From: Asterias rubens
Lineage: Eukaryota
Length of the DNA: 64,000 nt
Direction: 5' to 3'
Assembly (NCBI RefSeq): GCF_902459465.1
Contig: NC_047072.1
Span: 17,174,001-17,238,000, forward strand
The number at the start of each line of letters is the position of its first letter. The stretch's first letter is position 1. Both the position numbers and the translations under genes were made by a program. Of the stretch, positions 23,586-35,725 are shown piece by piece. The notes beneath the pieces were generated by a model. It saw only the letters and a list, made by a program, of their open reading frames with translations. It searched no databases and was not told where the DNA came from.

Positions 23586-24758
23586 AACAAGAAACCGCTC
23601 CCTCTGAAGTACGTAGTTATAGACCTCAGCTTAAACCACACAACTTGTGCGACAATGGTGTTTTTTCTTCCATTATTCTCTCGCAACTTCGACGACCAAA
23701 TTGAGCTCAAATTTTCACAGGTTTGTTATTAATTTATAAATGATTATAAGGATAATAACAATGGCACTGGACATTGTTGGTAATTACTCAGAAAATTTTT
23801 TAGCATACAACCTTACTTGGTATTACGAGCAATGGGGAGTTGTATTAACAGATATCAGCTTTTTTGTTTTCAAACATTTTAATCTTAGAAGCGTATTTAT
23901 CTCAAAGCACAGTACGTTTGTGCCAATAGGGTGTTTTTTCTTTCATTATTTTCTTGCAACTTCGATGACCGTTTGAGGCAAAATTTTCACAGGTTTGTCA
24001 TTTTCTGCATATGTTGGTTTGCAACAAGAGCGAATACTGCTCGTTGACAATTACCAAAGATTGACGCACTGCCATTAGCTTTTTAGTATTCATTTAACCC
24101 AAGGTTTTGTGTGGGCCACGAGTGGGTGTACACTTTGAGCTTGTAATTGTTGTTGTAGATGTGTTTGGCTATGGGGGAAACCCCTTCATTATGTCATGAC
24201 CTACCAAAGTGAACACAGTATTTGTTCATGGAGCACTTTGCCATCAGTGTAATGCTAATTTAATTGTGGATGTTGTGGTCTAACATAGTGAGCTACAGGC
24301 TGACTGACGTTACTACGCCTTAGAGCTCACCTATCGTGGGCGCAAATTCTTGGAAACGATATTTTTTTGTTAATATATGTTTTTGAATTTATTTAATCCC
24401 TTCAGTTTAAATAAATTGTTTTGAAATTTGTCCTCCGGGTAGGCGTTCGCAACTATAGAAATTAAGAGACACTGTAAACAGCAAGGGTTTCCGAAATGCG
24501 TAAATACTCTATTCACAACAACTCACATTTTGTCATGTGCCCGGGCATTAAGCCAAAATTGAAGGCTTTATACGCCTTTTTTTAGTCACACAAATTTGTT
24601 TTAGCAAGCCGTATAGGTAATAATGTATGGCATTATTGTTGCATTGTTGGTCACCCCAACGACGTTTTTTTCTTCACATTTCAATATGCAGAACTAAACT
24701 TCCTTTACAATTATTTTGTAATGGCGGAAAGCCGATCAAACTTACCCGATCAGTTTTC

Positions 24759-25148
24759 TTAAAGACACTGGACACTGTTGGTAATTGTCAAAGACCAGTC
24801 TTCTTACTTGATGTGTCTCAACATAATATGCATAAAATAACGAACCTGTGAACATTTGAGCTCAATTGGTCATTGAAGTAGCGGGATAATAATGAAAGAA
24901 AAAACACCCTTGTCACACGAAGTTGTATGCGTTTAGATGGTTGATTTCGAGACCTCAAGTTCTAAATCTGAGCTCTCGAAATCAACTTCGTGGAAAATTA
25001 CTTCTTTCTCGAAAACTATGGCACTTCAGAGGGAGCCGTTTCTCACAAAGTTTTGTACTATCAACCTTTCCCCATTATTCGTCACCAAGTAAGGTTTTAT
25101 GCCAATAATTATTTTCGGTAATTACCAATAGTGTCCACTGCCTTTTAA
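24759..25148. mobile_element. Family A MITE, full length, opposite orientation
   Basis: Both TIRs with TTAA. Confidence 0.85.
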
Positions 25149-26369
25149 AGCACAATTTGGACGTATACGTCGCTCTCCCCCAAAACATCGCTCTGTGATT
25201 TTCATTTTATTCCCACTCAAAAGCTTAATGACTAATGAAGCTAAAACTTTAACATTCAATTCATGACATGGCCAAAAAACCTTGATCTACAAAATTTATC
25301 ACAACCCTTTAACACAGAGTCGATACTGACGCAACAAAAAGGCTTGGATCCAACACCTGCCTCATGCTCCCATCTGCTTCTCGCCTCGTTCTACTCACGG
25401 CTGCCACGCCCCAATTAGAGTAAACAATAGCGACTATAGACCTGCGGGGCGTTATGCACACATTAATGTCAATGATCAACCTGCTTCGCTACATTCCAAC
25501 CCCCTCACACCCAAGATGTAGCCGTTTATAGACACCCATCATCTATCTGACCTATATTGACAATCAACGTCTTAGCTCGCCTCATCTCACCCGCATCCGT
25601 CCCGAAATCAAGGAGGAGGTCTTGCGAGATGCTGACGTCATCGTCTTCGAAGGTCTACGTCATTGTGGTTGGGATAAGGCTTCCAGGGGGTCCTAAGTTA
25701 TGAAGGAGACAGAATATCCTGGAGCATCCTCTACTGCTTCATCAACTGGAGAGGATGGCATTCAAATTCACTGTGACGTCAGAAATGTGGGTTAAAGGCA
25801 GTGGACACTTTTGGTAATGACTCAAAATAATTTTTAGCATAAAAGCTTACTTGGTAGCGAGTAATAGGGAGCTGTGAATAGTATAAAACATTGTGAGAAA
25901 CGGCTTCCTGTGAAGTAACTTAAAAATAACATTTTTTACCTGTCCTTGATAGACATTATCAAACAAATTAATAGTGATAAGTTCATGCCTATCTATGGTG
26001 TGCTTTTATACTTAAGAGACAGCGGCATTGATTGTTATTGAATACGGCAGGCTTTAAACTTCCTCTTGAAGGGGCATAGTAATGTCCCTCTTGTGTCAGG
26101 GGTACTTCTACGTGGGGAAATGTAAATTTGTATGGAACCTTGCAACGGGCACCTTAAAGCACGGGGCACCACGGCAATTGCTGCTCGTGTCGTGGGTGAT
26201 TTCGAGCCCTAATACGGCAGTAATCAGAATCAAGAGAAAACACTCCTTTGCGAAACCCGTCTGACGTTTGGAGATAAATTTCGAAAACAAGCCGAGGGAT
26301 TTCCCCGCGCAAAAATTGCAACAAAGCTTTGTTGGAAAATTTCTGAGAAATGTGTTTCCCGATTTGGCT

Positions 26370-26756
26370 TTAAAGGCAGTGGACACTATTGGTAATTACT
26401 CAAAATAATTGTTATCATAAAACGTTTCTTGGTGGCGAATAATGGGGAGAGGTTGATGGTATAAAACATTGTGAGAAACGGCTCCCTCTGAAGTGCCATA
26501 GTTTTCGAGAAAGAAGTAATTTTCCACGAATTTTATTTCGAGACCTCAGATTTAGAACTTGAGGTCTCGAAATCAACCATCTAAACGCATACAACTTCGT
26601 GTGACAAGGGTGTTTTTTTCTTTCATTATTATCTCGCAACTTCGATGACCGATTGAGCTCAAATTTTCACAGGTTAGTTATTTTATGCATATGTTGAGAT
26701 ACACCAACTGTGAAGGCTAGTCTTTGACAATAACCAATAGTGTCCACTGCCTTTAA
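26370..26756. mobile_element. Family A MITE, full length
   Basis: Both TIRs with TTAA; close to consensus. Confidence 0.88.
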
Positions 26757-27103
26757 ATACAATTAGGTCTCGCTTCCTTTTCTTTTGTTGAATGTTATAA
26801 TAGTCCGTACCCTAAAGCGATTTATATGTGACGTCTTGATAGACCATTTCACCTCGACGGAACAATTGCAAAAATGTTCAATGGACTTTTATTGCTTAAA
26901 AATGTTGACTGCATTTTTGAGGGTTTTTTTGACAAAAGAGTGTGGGGACAAGGGGGACTTGTGAAATGAAAGAACTAGTGTTAACAGTTTGATGTGGTTG
27001 TGCTTTATGAATGGCTAAATAATTATGTGGATGTGTCGTAAAACAACCCAGTTAGTCTGCAACCCTAAATTGTGTTGAAAGATTATTACCATAGCGGGGC
27101 ATA

Positions 27104-27581
27104 TTAAAGGCAGTGGACACTATTGGTTATTGTTAAAGACTAGCATTCACAGTTGGTGTATCTCAACTTAGATTACCAATAGTGTCCAGTGTATTTAAAG
27201 ACAGCGGACACTATTGGTAATAATTATTGTCAGTCTTCTCACTTGGTGTATCTCATCATATACATAAAATAACAAACCTGTGAAAATTTGAGCTCAATCG
27301 GTTATCGAAGTTGCGAGATAATAATAAAAGAAAAAACGCCCTTGTCACACGAAGTTGTGTGCGTTATAGATGGTTGATTTCGAGACCTCAAGTTCTAAAC
27401 TTGAGGTCTCGAAATCAAATTCGTGGAAAATTACTTCTTTCTCGAAAACTATGGACACTTCAGAGGGAGCCGTTTCTCACAATGTTTTATACCATCAACC
27501 TCTCCCCATTACTCGTCACCAAGAAAGGTTTTATGCTAATAATTATTTTGAGTAATTACCAATAGTGTCCACTGCCTTTAA
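27104..27581. mobile_element. Family A mini-copy (27104-27198) fused through a shared TTAA to a full copy (27195-27581)
   Basis: TIR pairs on both units; junction gtatTTAAagacagcggacac. Confidence 0.8.
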
Positions 27582-28154
27582 ATGGTGCTCTAGATATTAC
27601 ACAAAAGGAGAAGATAGTGGAATAAGTTCGCTGTCTGTATACAGGGATGAACATTTTCACACAAAAATGCTAAATGTATCTGATAAAAGTCTGCTTTTGT
27701 TAAAAAAATAAATAAATAAAAAATATACATGGATGAGAAGTTTGACCCCACGTTTTTCAGAAATTTGGCTTGGAGCGTTCTGGAGAAAAACCCATTTTTA
27801 CCATGTTTTATCGTGAGGTAAGAGAGTCGTAATATATTTTAATGTTTCCTATGGACTGCAGCTGTTAGAAAACTGTCATATCTATATATTTGAGATCATC
27901 CTTTATTGGCTGTTTAAACTTTGTGAAGGACTGACAGAAGGCGCGGCACACGGACATTAAAATGTGGTGCACGGGTGAACTTGTAAGGTGTGTGTAAACA
28001 CAGTTTTAAGAAAAGCAAATAAACAGGGAGCTATGAAATAGGTCGGGTCGTTATTACATGAACAATAAATATATCCGGAAGGCCGTGAAAAATGAATTGC
28101 ACCAAAGTTAATGTCTTGGTAGATAAGGGGAGCAGAACTAGGCCGGGTCGTGCT

Positions 28155-28292
28155 NNNNNNNNNNNNNNNNNNNNNNNNNNNNNNNNNNNNNNNNNNNNNN
28201 NNNNNNNNNNNNNNNNNNNNNNNNNNNNNNNNNNNNNNNNNNNNNNNNNNNNNNNNNNNNNNNNNNNNNNNNNNNNNNNNNNNNNNNNNNNN
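28155..28292. other. Assembly gap (138 N); a family A MITE resumes on the right (28293 to about 28650)
   Basis: Run of N directly visible. Confidence 0.99.
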
Positions 28293-29039
28293 GTGGACAC
28301 TATTGGTAATTACTCAAAATGATTATTATCATAAAACCTTTCTTGACTACGAGTAATGGGGAGAGGTTGATAGTATAAAACATTGTGAGAAACAGCTCCC
28401 TCTGAAGTGACATAGTTTTCGAGAAAGAAGTATTTTTCCACGAATTTGAGGTCTCAAAATCAAGCATCTGAAAGCACACAACTTTGTGTGACAAGGGTGC
28501 TTTTTCTTTCATTAATATCTCACAACTTCGAAGACCAACTGAGCTCAAATTTTCACAGGTTTGTTATTTTATTCATTGAGATACACCAACTGTGAAGACT
28601 AGTCTTGTGAAGACTAGTCTTTGACTTACCAATAGTATTCAGAGTCTTTAGCGTCTTACACTAATGCCTGGTCTATATTCATAAATAATAAAGCCCTTAA
28701 AATGTGTTCTTGACTGTTTGAAGATTTTGAAATACAAAAAATAGAAACATTAAAAAATGAATTTATAACTTTTTCCCCTCAGCCAATTTAGACTACATCA
28801 TTTACCTTCAACGCCCGTGAGTCTAGCATAGGATAGCCTACTCATACTAAAGTACTAGTAAAACTATAACGTTAGGCCTAGGCCTACCGTTAGGGCCATA
28901 CGTTAACGTTAGTTTTCTTTAAACAACCCACCATCGATTTGCATCAGTCGGAATTCTCCTCCGGATCCATCATCGTACGGGACAGCTTTCACTTAGTCTT
29001 ACTAAGCCGTCAACGTGAATACAGTAATTACACACTCAA

Positions 29040-29204
29040 GTCGTGAAAAAATCGCGACTAGTCGTGAAAAATTTCGTGACGTCGCCAAAATATTCGCGAC
29101 TTGGCGCGAATAAATTCACGACGTCGCAAAAATATTCACGACGTTGCAAAAATATTCGTGACTTGTCGTAAATAAATTCACGACGTCGCAAAAATATTCA
29201 TGAC
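29040..29204. repeat. Degenerate ~20-21 bp minisatellite
   Basis: Repeated units such as tcacgacgtcgcaaaaatatt and tcgtgacttgtcgtaaataaat. Confidence 0.75.
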
Positions 29205-30105
29205 TGGCTGTGTCCCTTCAGGATCGTGTTGCCAAAAAAAAACCATGTAGGAACCAGACGATTTTGCTTATAGCTCGTTAGGGTTAATTTGCTAATTGAC
29301 TGATCACCAGACAGTGGGAATAATCAAGGACTATTGGTAGTAACTTATTGCATTACTTACACGTGCTTCATATTATGAGTGCTCTGCCAAGGTGAATTGG
29401 TTCTATAGCTAATGAGTCAAGTCATAAAGGAAATTTAAAGTATTATACCCAATTAAACAGACATTTTAAAGCGATGTTTATTTTTTACCATGGCAACTTA
29501 ATGTATTGTTAATTCGAAAAAAACTCATAGAGTTGGGGTTGACTATGCCTCAGAGGGACTGGCAACACAACATTTGAAGCATTAGTGAGAAAATGACCGT
29601 CTTGAGTAGTTTGATTTTTCTCTTGCTTGAGATGTTTCTTAAGGTTTCAGCATCTGATAATGTTGTTAATGGTGTTTACCGATGGGTCTGGTACCAGCCG
29701 GTACAGCACCAGACCCTACTACAAACAAACAATCGAACAAACAAGGTATGAAATTCCGTTTTATTTCTTCGTTAATTTCCCAACCATAAATATTAGTTGT
29801 GTCTCAAAATAATAGTTTTAAAAGGAAGTTGTATAACATTAAATACAGAAAAGTAAAATATCAAACAGAATGGGCGCTCCCCTTGAAAGGACAACATTTA
29901 CCAAAGAGTCATCATGGGTTATTCTAGGGGTTTAATAATTATGCAACTTCCATTTAGTCATTTGTTTTAAACACATTATTAGTGGATTGATTTTGAAAAT
30001 GCTAGCATCCCATGTATTTTGATAAACCAGTGAATTATATTTCAGAATTTGTTGAAACAGTTTAATATTGGTTATAAACCGCCAAAACGCACCCCAGCAT
30101 TCAAT

Positions 30106-30256
30106 GTGGGACTTTTGCGAGGCTAGGCGGAAGCAGTTGACTTACCAGGTAAATCCATTGTTTTCGTTAATGTGTGCATAAAAAATCTGCTCGGGACTAC
30201 GTAAAAAATGGTATACCTTATAAGTATGCTGCCACCAAGAGTTCTAAAGTCTCCCA
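30106..30256. mobile_element. Short MITE in the copy B 3' region; a relative lies at 40553-40698
   Basis: tggga(ga)ctttt...aaagtctccca termini and a shared body (gacttaccaggtaaatccattgtt). Confidence 0.6.
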
Positions 30257-30360
30257 ATAAGTTTCGCCAATATATAACCAATTGTTTTTTTATAGGTCAC
30301 TGTAATAAAGAAAAAATTAAAAAAAATAACAAAAATCTGCTTTAACTTTTTTTTAAACAC

Positions 30361-30619
30361 TTATTCCTGACTGAATCGCTTCTCTAACCACACCTTGACC
30401 TCATCCGTCATGAGCTTATCCGGTTTCTTCAACTGTTGTCTGACTTCCTTACACATGAACGCCACTCTACCACTCTCAACGACGATGATACGGTCTGGGT
30501 GCGCGTCGTATTGCAGGGCGAATTTGTTGTCCATGGTGTCCAGCACCAGTCTAAGTTTGTCCTGGCTGTGTGTGTCGTCAGTGAAGGTGTTGTGATTAGA
30601 GTCTCTTGCCATCATTTCT
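30361..30619 (-). CDS. DIO: Deiodinase-like selenoprotein copy B, last coding exon (exon 5)
   Basis: Acceptor ttttgacag (phase 2), (R)EMMARDSNHNTFTDDTHSQDKLRLVLDTMDNKFALQYDAHPDRIIVVESGRVAFMCKEVRQQLKKPDKLMTDEVKVWLEKRFSQE*. DIO VLDTMDN and YxAxPDR motifs. Confidence 0.9.
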
Positions 30620-30853
30620 CTGTCAAAATAAACAAAATAATAATACTTGGTTATAATTTAGCGCTTTATCAAAGACCTAGAGGCGTCCTTTAAAGCAGCA
30701 TGTATTGGTTTACAGAGTTCGGTGTGCTTCCCCTTCTCTGTGCGAACAGTGCACTTGAATCTTTTAAGTGCATTACGCAACACACGGGGCCTGCAGCTTT
30801 ACGTCCCATCCGAAGGACGCAGCAGTAATGTGATTATTTTGAAAATTTCTTAC

Positions 30854-31026
30854 CGAGCGACGTCTATTCTATCTTGAATTGTTTTGTGCTGGTCCATAAA
30901 GCTGAACTCGTCGCTGAAGACCCAGCGCCCTCTTGGGTGAGCCTCTGCCAGGTAGACGCAGAGGAAATCGGCCCGGTCCTTGTAGTCTTTGAACAATGCG
31001 TTCAAAGTGCCACCAAGAACTATGGC
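30854..31026 (-). CDS. DIO: Deiodinase-like copy B, exon 4
   Basis: Acceptor ccag, AIVLGGTLNALFKDYKDRADFLCVYLAEAHPRGRWVFSDEFSFMDQHKTIQDRIDVA, donor CG|GTAAG. Same phases (0/2) as copy A exon 3. Confidence 0.9.
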
Positions 31027-31831
31027 CTGGATCCAAATAAATACGAAGAGTTTATCAATAGTTAGATACATGTACAAGGACTTATAGTTAACAAGAGAGG
31101 TTCCCTGAGCCATTACGTTTGTGACTTGTTTTTACTCATTTCTCAAAACTACATCACCCAATCCCAGCAAGTAATATTTTAAAGGAAGCTTTCTACCGCC
31201 ATTACCTTTAAACCATGTAATGTAAACATGTGGACGTTGTGTTTTGTGTCCTATAACGAGTACCCAACCGTTTCAACTACGAGGTTTAATCGAGTATTAT
31301 TTTATTTTTTTAATTTCTCCAGAAAACTGTCAGCTCATGTCTGTCCCATGTGAGAGATAAAACTCCACCTTTTAACAGCTAGAGAGACATTCCCATCTTG
31401 AGAAAGGTAAGCGCAAACCCGTGCATAATTTAAACTCTTTTGTTATTCTATATGAATAGACAGAAATGGATTTTAAGTCAAACGATTCTGCATTTTGTCA
31501 AAAGGATATTGTTTTCAGTCCGATGCGGATCCCGCTCACCCCTTAATCTGCCACAAATCCCGCCCCCTCCATTCGGGAGTTACGAGTAACTGATAGGGCC
31601 AATGCGTCCGAACCATCTCCATCTCGATCTCTATTGGTTAAGTCAGCAAAATATCCTGCCGGATACATCAACGCTAACTTGATTCCGATTGCTATGGCTA
31701 CGGAGTTTAACTCTTTCTAAGTCATTAGACTAATCCTAAGTTAGGAAGAGTTTGGTGAAATCGACGGCTGGAACCTTTCTATGAGTACAAAGAAAACTGG
31801 TGCATTTTTAAGGGGAGGAAATTAATCTTAC

Positions 31832-32023
31832 CTGAAACGGGGGTCAGGAGAGTGAAGACGCCACCAACACGAGAGGGCGCTCTTTATGAGTGTGTAAGCT
31901 CATGATTGGCACGACGTCATTACCCAAGGTGACCACACCCACATCTTCGGCTGCACTGCCAATTTCAAAATTTAATCCCATTTGTTTGATGAAGACCACA
32001 AACTTAGTGACCTCTGCCATGAC
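31832..32023 (-). CDS. DIO: Deiodinase-like copy B, exon 3 with selenocysteine codon (TGA at 31844-31846)
   Basis: Acceptor tttatgtttcag, VMAEVTKFVVFIKQMGLNFEIGSAAEDVGVVTLGNDVVPIMSLHTHKERPLVLVASSLS-U-PPFQ, donor CAG|GTAAG at the same position as in copy A. Confidence 0.9.
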
Positions 32024-33266
32024 CTGAAACATAAACCGATAATGGTTATTATAACTAGTCCTTCAAAATAACTCGTTCTTATAAATTGACCTGTTTATAG
32101 ACCTACTTCAAAAAGGTCATAATTACGTCCTTCGCATTTGTGTTTCTTATGCTCTTTACATCGTACTCACAATGATATCCTAAGTTGGACTATTCCATAC
32201 ATCCTATGAGGGGTGTCAATCAACAGGTACCAGTGATTTGTGTTAGAAAAGGGCACAATAATACTCAGCCCGCGTCCTTTGTGTACAAAATCGGAATCGG
32301 AGGTAGTTGATTCGAGTCTAGACTAGACCCAAAGACAGGTCCCTGCCGCCAGATCCAGTGATTCCATTGGATACAATGATATCATTTAATAAACGTGACA
32401 AGATATAGATGCCCAAACAGTCACTGCTGTCATGTATGCAATAGAATTTGACTGCGTATCTCTATGTGAAATGAAAGTTGGTCAAAGGTGAATATACACG
32501 TCGGTATCGAGGCAGGTCTCTGGCGTTATTCACGAGCCTCGAAGTGTGACGTCAGTAGGTTCAGGCTAGTTCGAGTCCCGCTTTAGTCAATTTTTCTTGA
32601 TTTTCATCATCTTACCTCGGGATCAAATCGCCAATTTACGAAGAGGGTGTCCAATATTCCAGCGAATTTGTTCCAGTCACTGATTGCCGGGCCCAGACCA
32701 AGTTCCTCTATCGCTAGTCGCTCGGTCTGTTTCCTAACTTTCTAAAAAAAAAAAAAAAAAAATTAAACAATTACTACGATGCAAATATTTTCGTTAATAG
32801 TATGTCAACACAACTTTTTTTTTTTCTAAATCCAACTTTCCTCTATCACTTATCACTCAGTCTGTTTCCTTACTTTCAACAAACAAACAATTTTTTTTTT
32901 CCCTTTTGTTTAGGCAAATAAATCAACGATATCTGGCAACAAAAGTTTTATTTTCTTCATCCAAGTATATGTCCGTCCTCGTTTGCTTGGCCCTAAGCAC
33001 AATTGCATAGACCTGTATTAAGCAAAACAAAATTCTGCTGAGCAGAATAAGGTTACCTGCCAAAATAACGATCTGTGATCCAAACAAACAACCCCCATTT
33101 AATTTTTTTTTTTCAAAAACCCATCAACGACCAAACGCCCCAACAAACAAATAAACTGCATCTCAATAACAACAACTGTTCGTTGTGAGTTTTTATTCTT
33201 TAGTGTTTTGTTGGTACTTTCAGACGACTCAAACTTCACAGAGAAATCAAATAAGTCAAATTATAC

Positions 33267-33428
33267 CTCAAAGTCGACCAGTGCCTTTGGTTGCCGGGGA
33301 TCGAATCCATCTTCGAACAACTGTTTTGTTGATTCCCGTCCAGTGATCTCTACCCACTTTCTGAAGATGGCCAGGGCGCCCTCTTTGTCGTTGAAAAGCT
33401 CTACACCTTGTGCGTCTGGCGGAAAAAC
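33267..33428 (-). CDS. DIO: Deiodinase-like copy B, exon 2
   Basis: Acceptor ggttttgtag, VFPPDAQGVELFNDKEGALAIFRKWVEITGRESTKQLFEDGFDPRQPKALVDFE, donor GAG|GTATAA, phase 0/0. Colinear similarity to the first exon of copy A. Confidence 0.8.
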
Positions 33429-34322
33429 CTACAAAACCAGATGGGAGGTAACAATAAAAGGTAGTTTTAAAATGCAGAGAGTAAATGCTATTCGGTTAAA
33501 GGCACTGGGCACTACTGGTAAATTGTCAAAAATAAATGTTTGTTAACGAGCAATGGAGAGCTGTTGATAGTATTAAACATTGTTAGAAATGGCTCCCTCT
33601 GAAGTAACATAGTTTTTGAGAAAGAGGTTATATCTCACTCAAATATAATAATATTAACAGATTTCATCAAGCATGAAGCCTTTTATTATGCATCTGAAAG
33701 CCCACGCATCTATAAAAGCCAACACATTTGTGACACAGACGTGTTTTTCTTCTTCTTTTACTATTACTTGCAACTTCAAAGACGAATTGAGTATATTTTG
33801 TACATATTTGTTATGTTATGCATAATAAGCTGCGGACACCAGTGACTCTTTTGATGCTCAGTGGTTCAGTTGACGAGCAGCCCTCTCCTCCAAACATTGT
33901 TAATAATTTTTACGTGTCAACAAGCACAGTTTCGGTCAATCATTTCCAACGTGCTTTGTGAGTTTTTAAAAGTATGACCTTTTTTCGCCCCTTTAGCCCC
34001 TTATGGCATACACGAGTCTGTACATGGCTAGTCGCACATGGTACAGTGAAATTCGTTTTGGTTTTGAGTGTCTAAAAATATGTTTTACAGAAAGACACAC
34101 TAAAATTTACCATTATACAAAAATACATCGAATAATTATAGAATACAAACATGAAAAGTACAGTACAATATACAGGCGACCTAATACGAAAGATGTATTG
34201 ATGTTCTAAGCTTGCAAATGGTGTTAAGCAATTTTTATTTAATATTCACCCAGATGTATGGAGACGCCCCAACACAAACCCCCAAACAGAATTCCAAAAA
34301 AATCACAAAATCTTTTACTTAC

Positions 34323-34379
34323 CATATCTTCATTCTTTACTCTCCCCTGGTCTCCGGAGCCTGGCCCCGTACCCGCCAT
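34323..34379 (-). CDS. DIO: Deiodinase-like copy B, putative first coding exon
   Basis: gcagcATGG start context, MAGTGPGSGDQGRVKNEDM, strong donor ATG|GTAAGT in phase 0 matching exon 2. No homology support, so less certain than the other exons. Confidence 0.6.
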
Positions 34380-34553
34380 GCTGCTGTCTTGCTTCCAGTG
34401 GTTCTAAACGCCGGAGTGACTCGATTGGGCTAACTTTGTGCAGGACCTTTTCCCACAAAAGGGGTGCCACGTTACCAGGGCCCTGCTGTCGAACAATTTC
34501 TGTTTGCTTTTGTAAGTGCAAAGTCATTTGTTTCGGCATACACAACCACCAAC

Positions 34554-35545
34554 TGAGAAAAGTTCTTTTGATAACTATTATTCTATTAGACGTTGACCTT
34601 GCCTTGATGGTAGACTAGCAACGGCAGTCCTTCGAGTAGTAGAAACAATAATAGCGCCACTCGGTTTATGAATGATTAATATTCAACTCGTGAATATTTT
34701 TGTTTGATAGTTCAGAAAACGCAATGTGCAAATTACGCCCAATGAACGACCTTTCCTTTGATCTAAACAAAGAATTTAATCCACATTCTTCTCTTGAAGC
34801 CGCTTAACAAAGAGAAACCTGTCAGTCAACAATCTCCCATCTTGGTGTTTATTCATACCCACATCTAGGCTTGGACCAAGTCTGTATCCCTTTGATAATC
34901 GAAACAGATTGCCTATAGGGCGCTCTCTTGTGGAATATAACCTTCGATCACTGGCATCCTGAGTGGGTTTTCATTCCCAACGGATCTTTTTTTAGTAAAA
35001 GTGGATGGAATAATTTGATCGAATTGAGAAAAGTTCGTTGTATAACTATTATTCTTTTAATACATTGTCCAAACAGAGAAGGAATTTAGACTTTGCCTTG
35101 ATGGTAGACTAGCCACGGCAGTCCTTCGTGTAGAAGAAACAATATTATAATAGCGCCACTCGGTTTATGAATGATTAATATTCAACTAGTAAATGATTAA
35201 TATTCAGCTAGTGAATATTATTTGTTTGATAGTTCAGAAAACGCAATGGGGAAATTACGCCCAATGAACGACATTTCCTTTGATCTAAACAAAGAATTTA
35301 ATCCACATTCTTCTCTTGAAGCCGCTTAGCAACGAGAAACCTGTCAGTCAACAGTCTCCCATCTTGGTGTTTATTCATAATAACATCTAGGCTTGGACCA
35401 AGTCTGTCTCCCTGTGGTGGTCGAAACAGATTGCCTATATAGGGCGCCCTCGTTGACTACAACCTTCGATCACTGGCATCCTGAGTGGGTTTTCATTCCC
35501 AACGGATCTTTTTAAGTAAAAGTGGATGGAATAGTTTGATTGAAT
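34554..35545 (+). repeat. Two-copy tandem duplication, ~470-520 bp units, upstream of copy B
   Basis: Units 34554-35024 and 35025-35545 share long near-identical blocks, e.g. gccttgatggtagactagc...tcccaacggatctttt. Confidence 0.9.
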
Positions 35546-35725
35546 GGAGTTGCGAATCTCGATAATATTAATATTCACGTTCAGCCCCCGTGTCAGCCAT
35601 TTTGAAAATGCACACTTTCTGCAATGGGCGGTGCCTGCAGATCGCGGTTCCAAAATATGGCTTTAAAAGTCATCTGTGATCAATTACACTCATGAATTGA
35701 AAACACAAAATTCCAGTTTCTTGAG

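Noticed and set aside
28031-28356. ORFs spanning the N run
   Set aside because: Artefacts of the assembly gap.
29040-29204. CRISPR-like array
   Set aside because: No unique spacers, no cas genes, and a eukaryotic context.
29877-29912. Weak SECIS candidate for copy B (ATGAC-TCTTTGGT-AAA...TTTCAAGG-GGAG)
   Set aside because: Helix II is only about 8 bp with mismatches, and the core-to-AA spacing is too short.
33208-33546. 112-aa plus-strand ORF
   Set aside because: Antisense to copy B exon 2 and running into a MITE.
34330-34545. 71-aa minus-strand ORF upstream of copy B
   Set aside because: Out of frame with the spliced gene; it stops before the donor.
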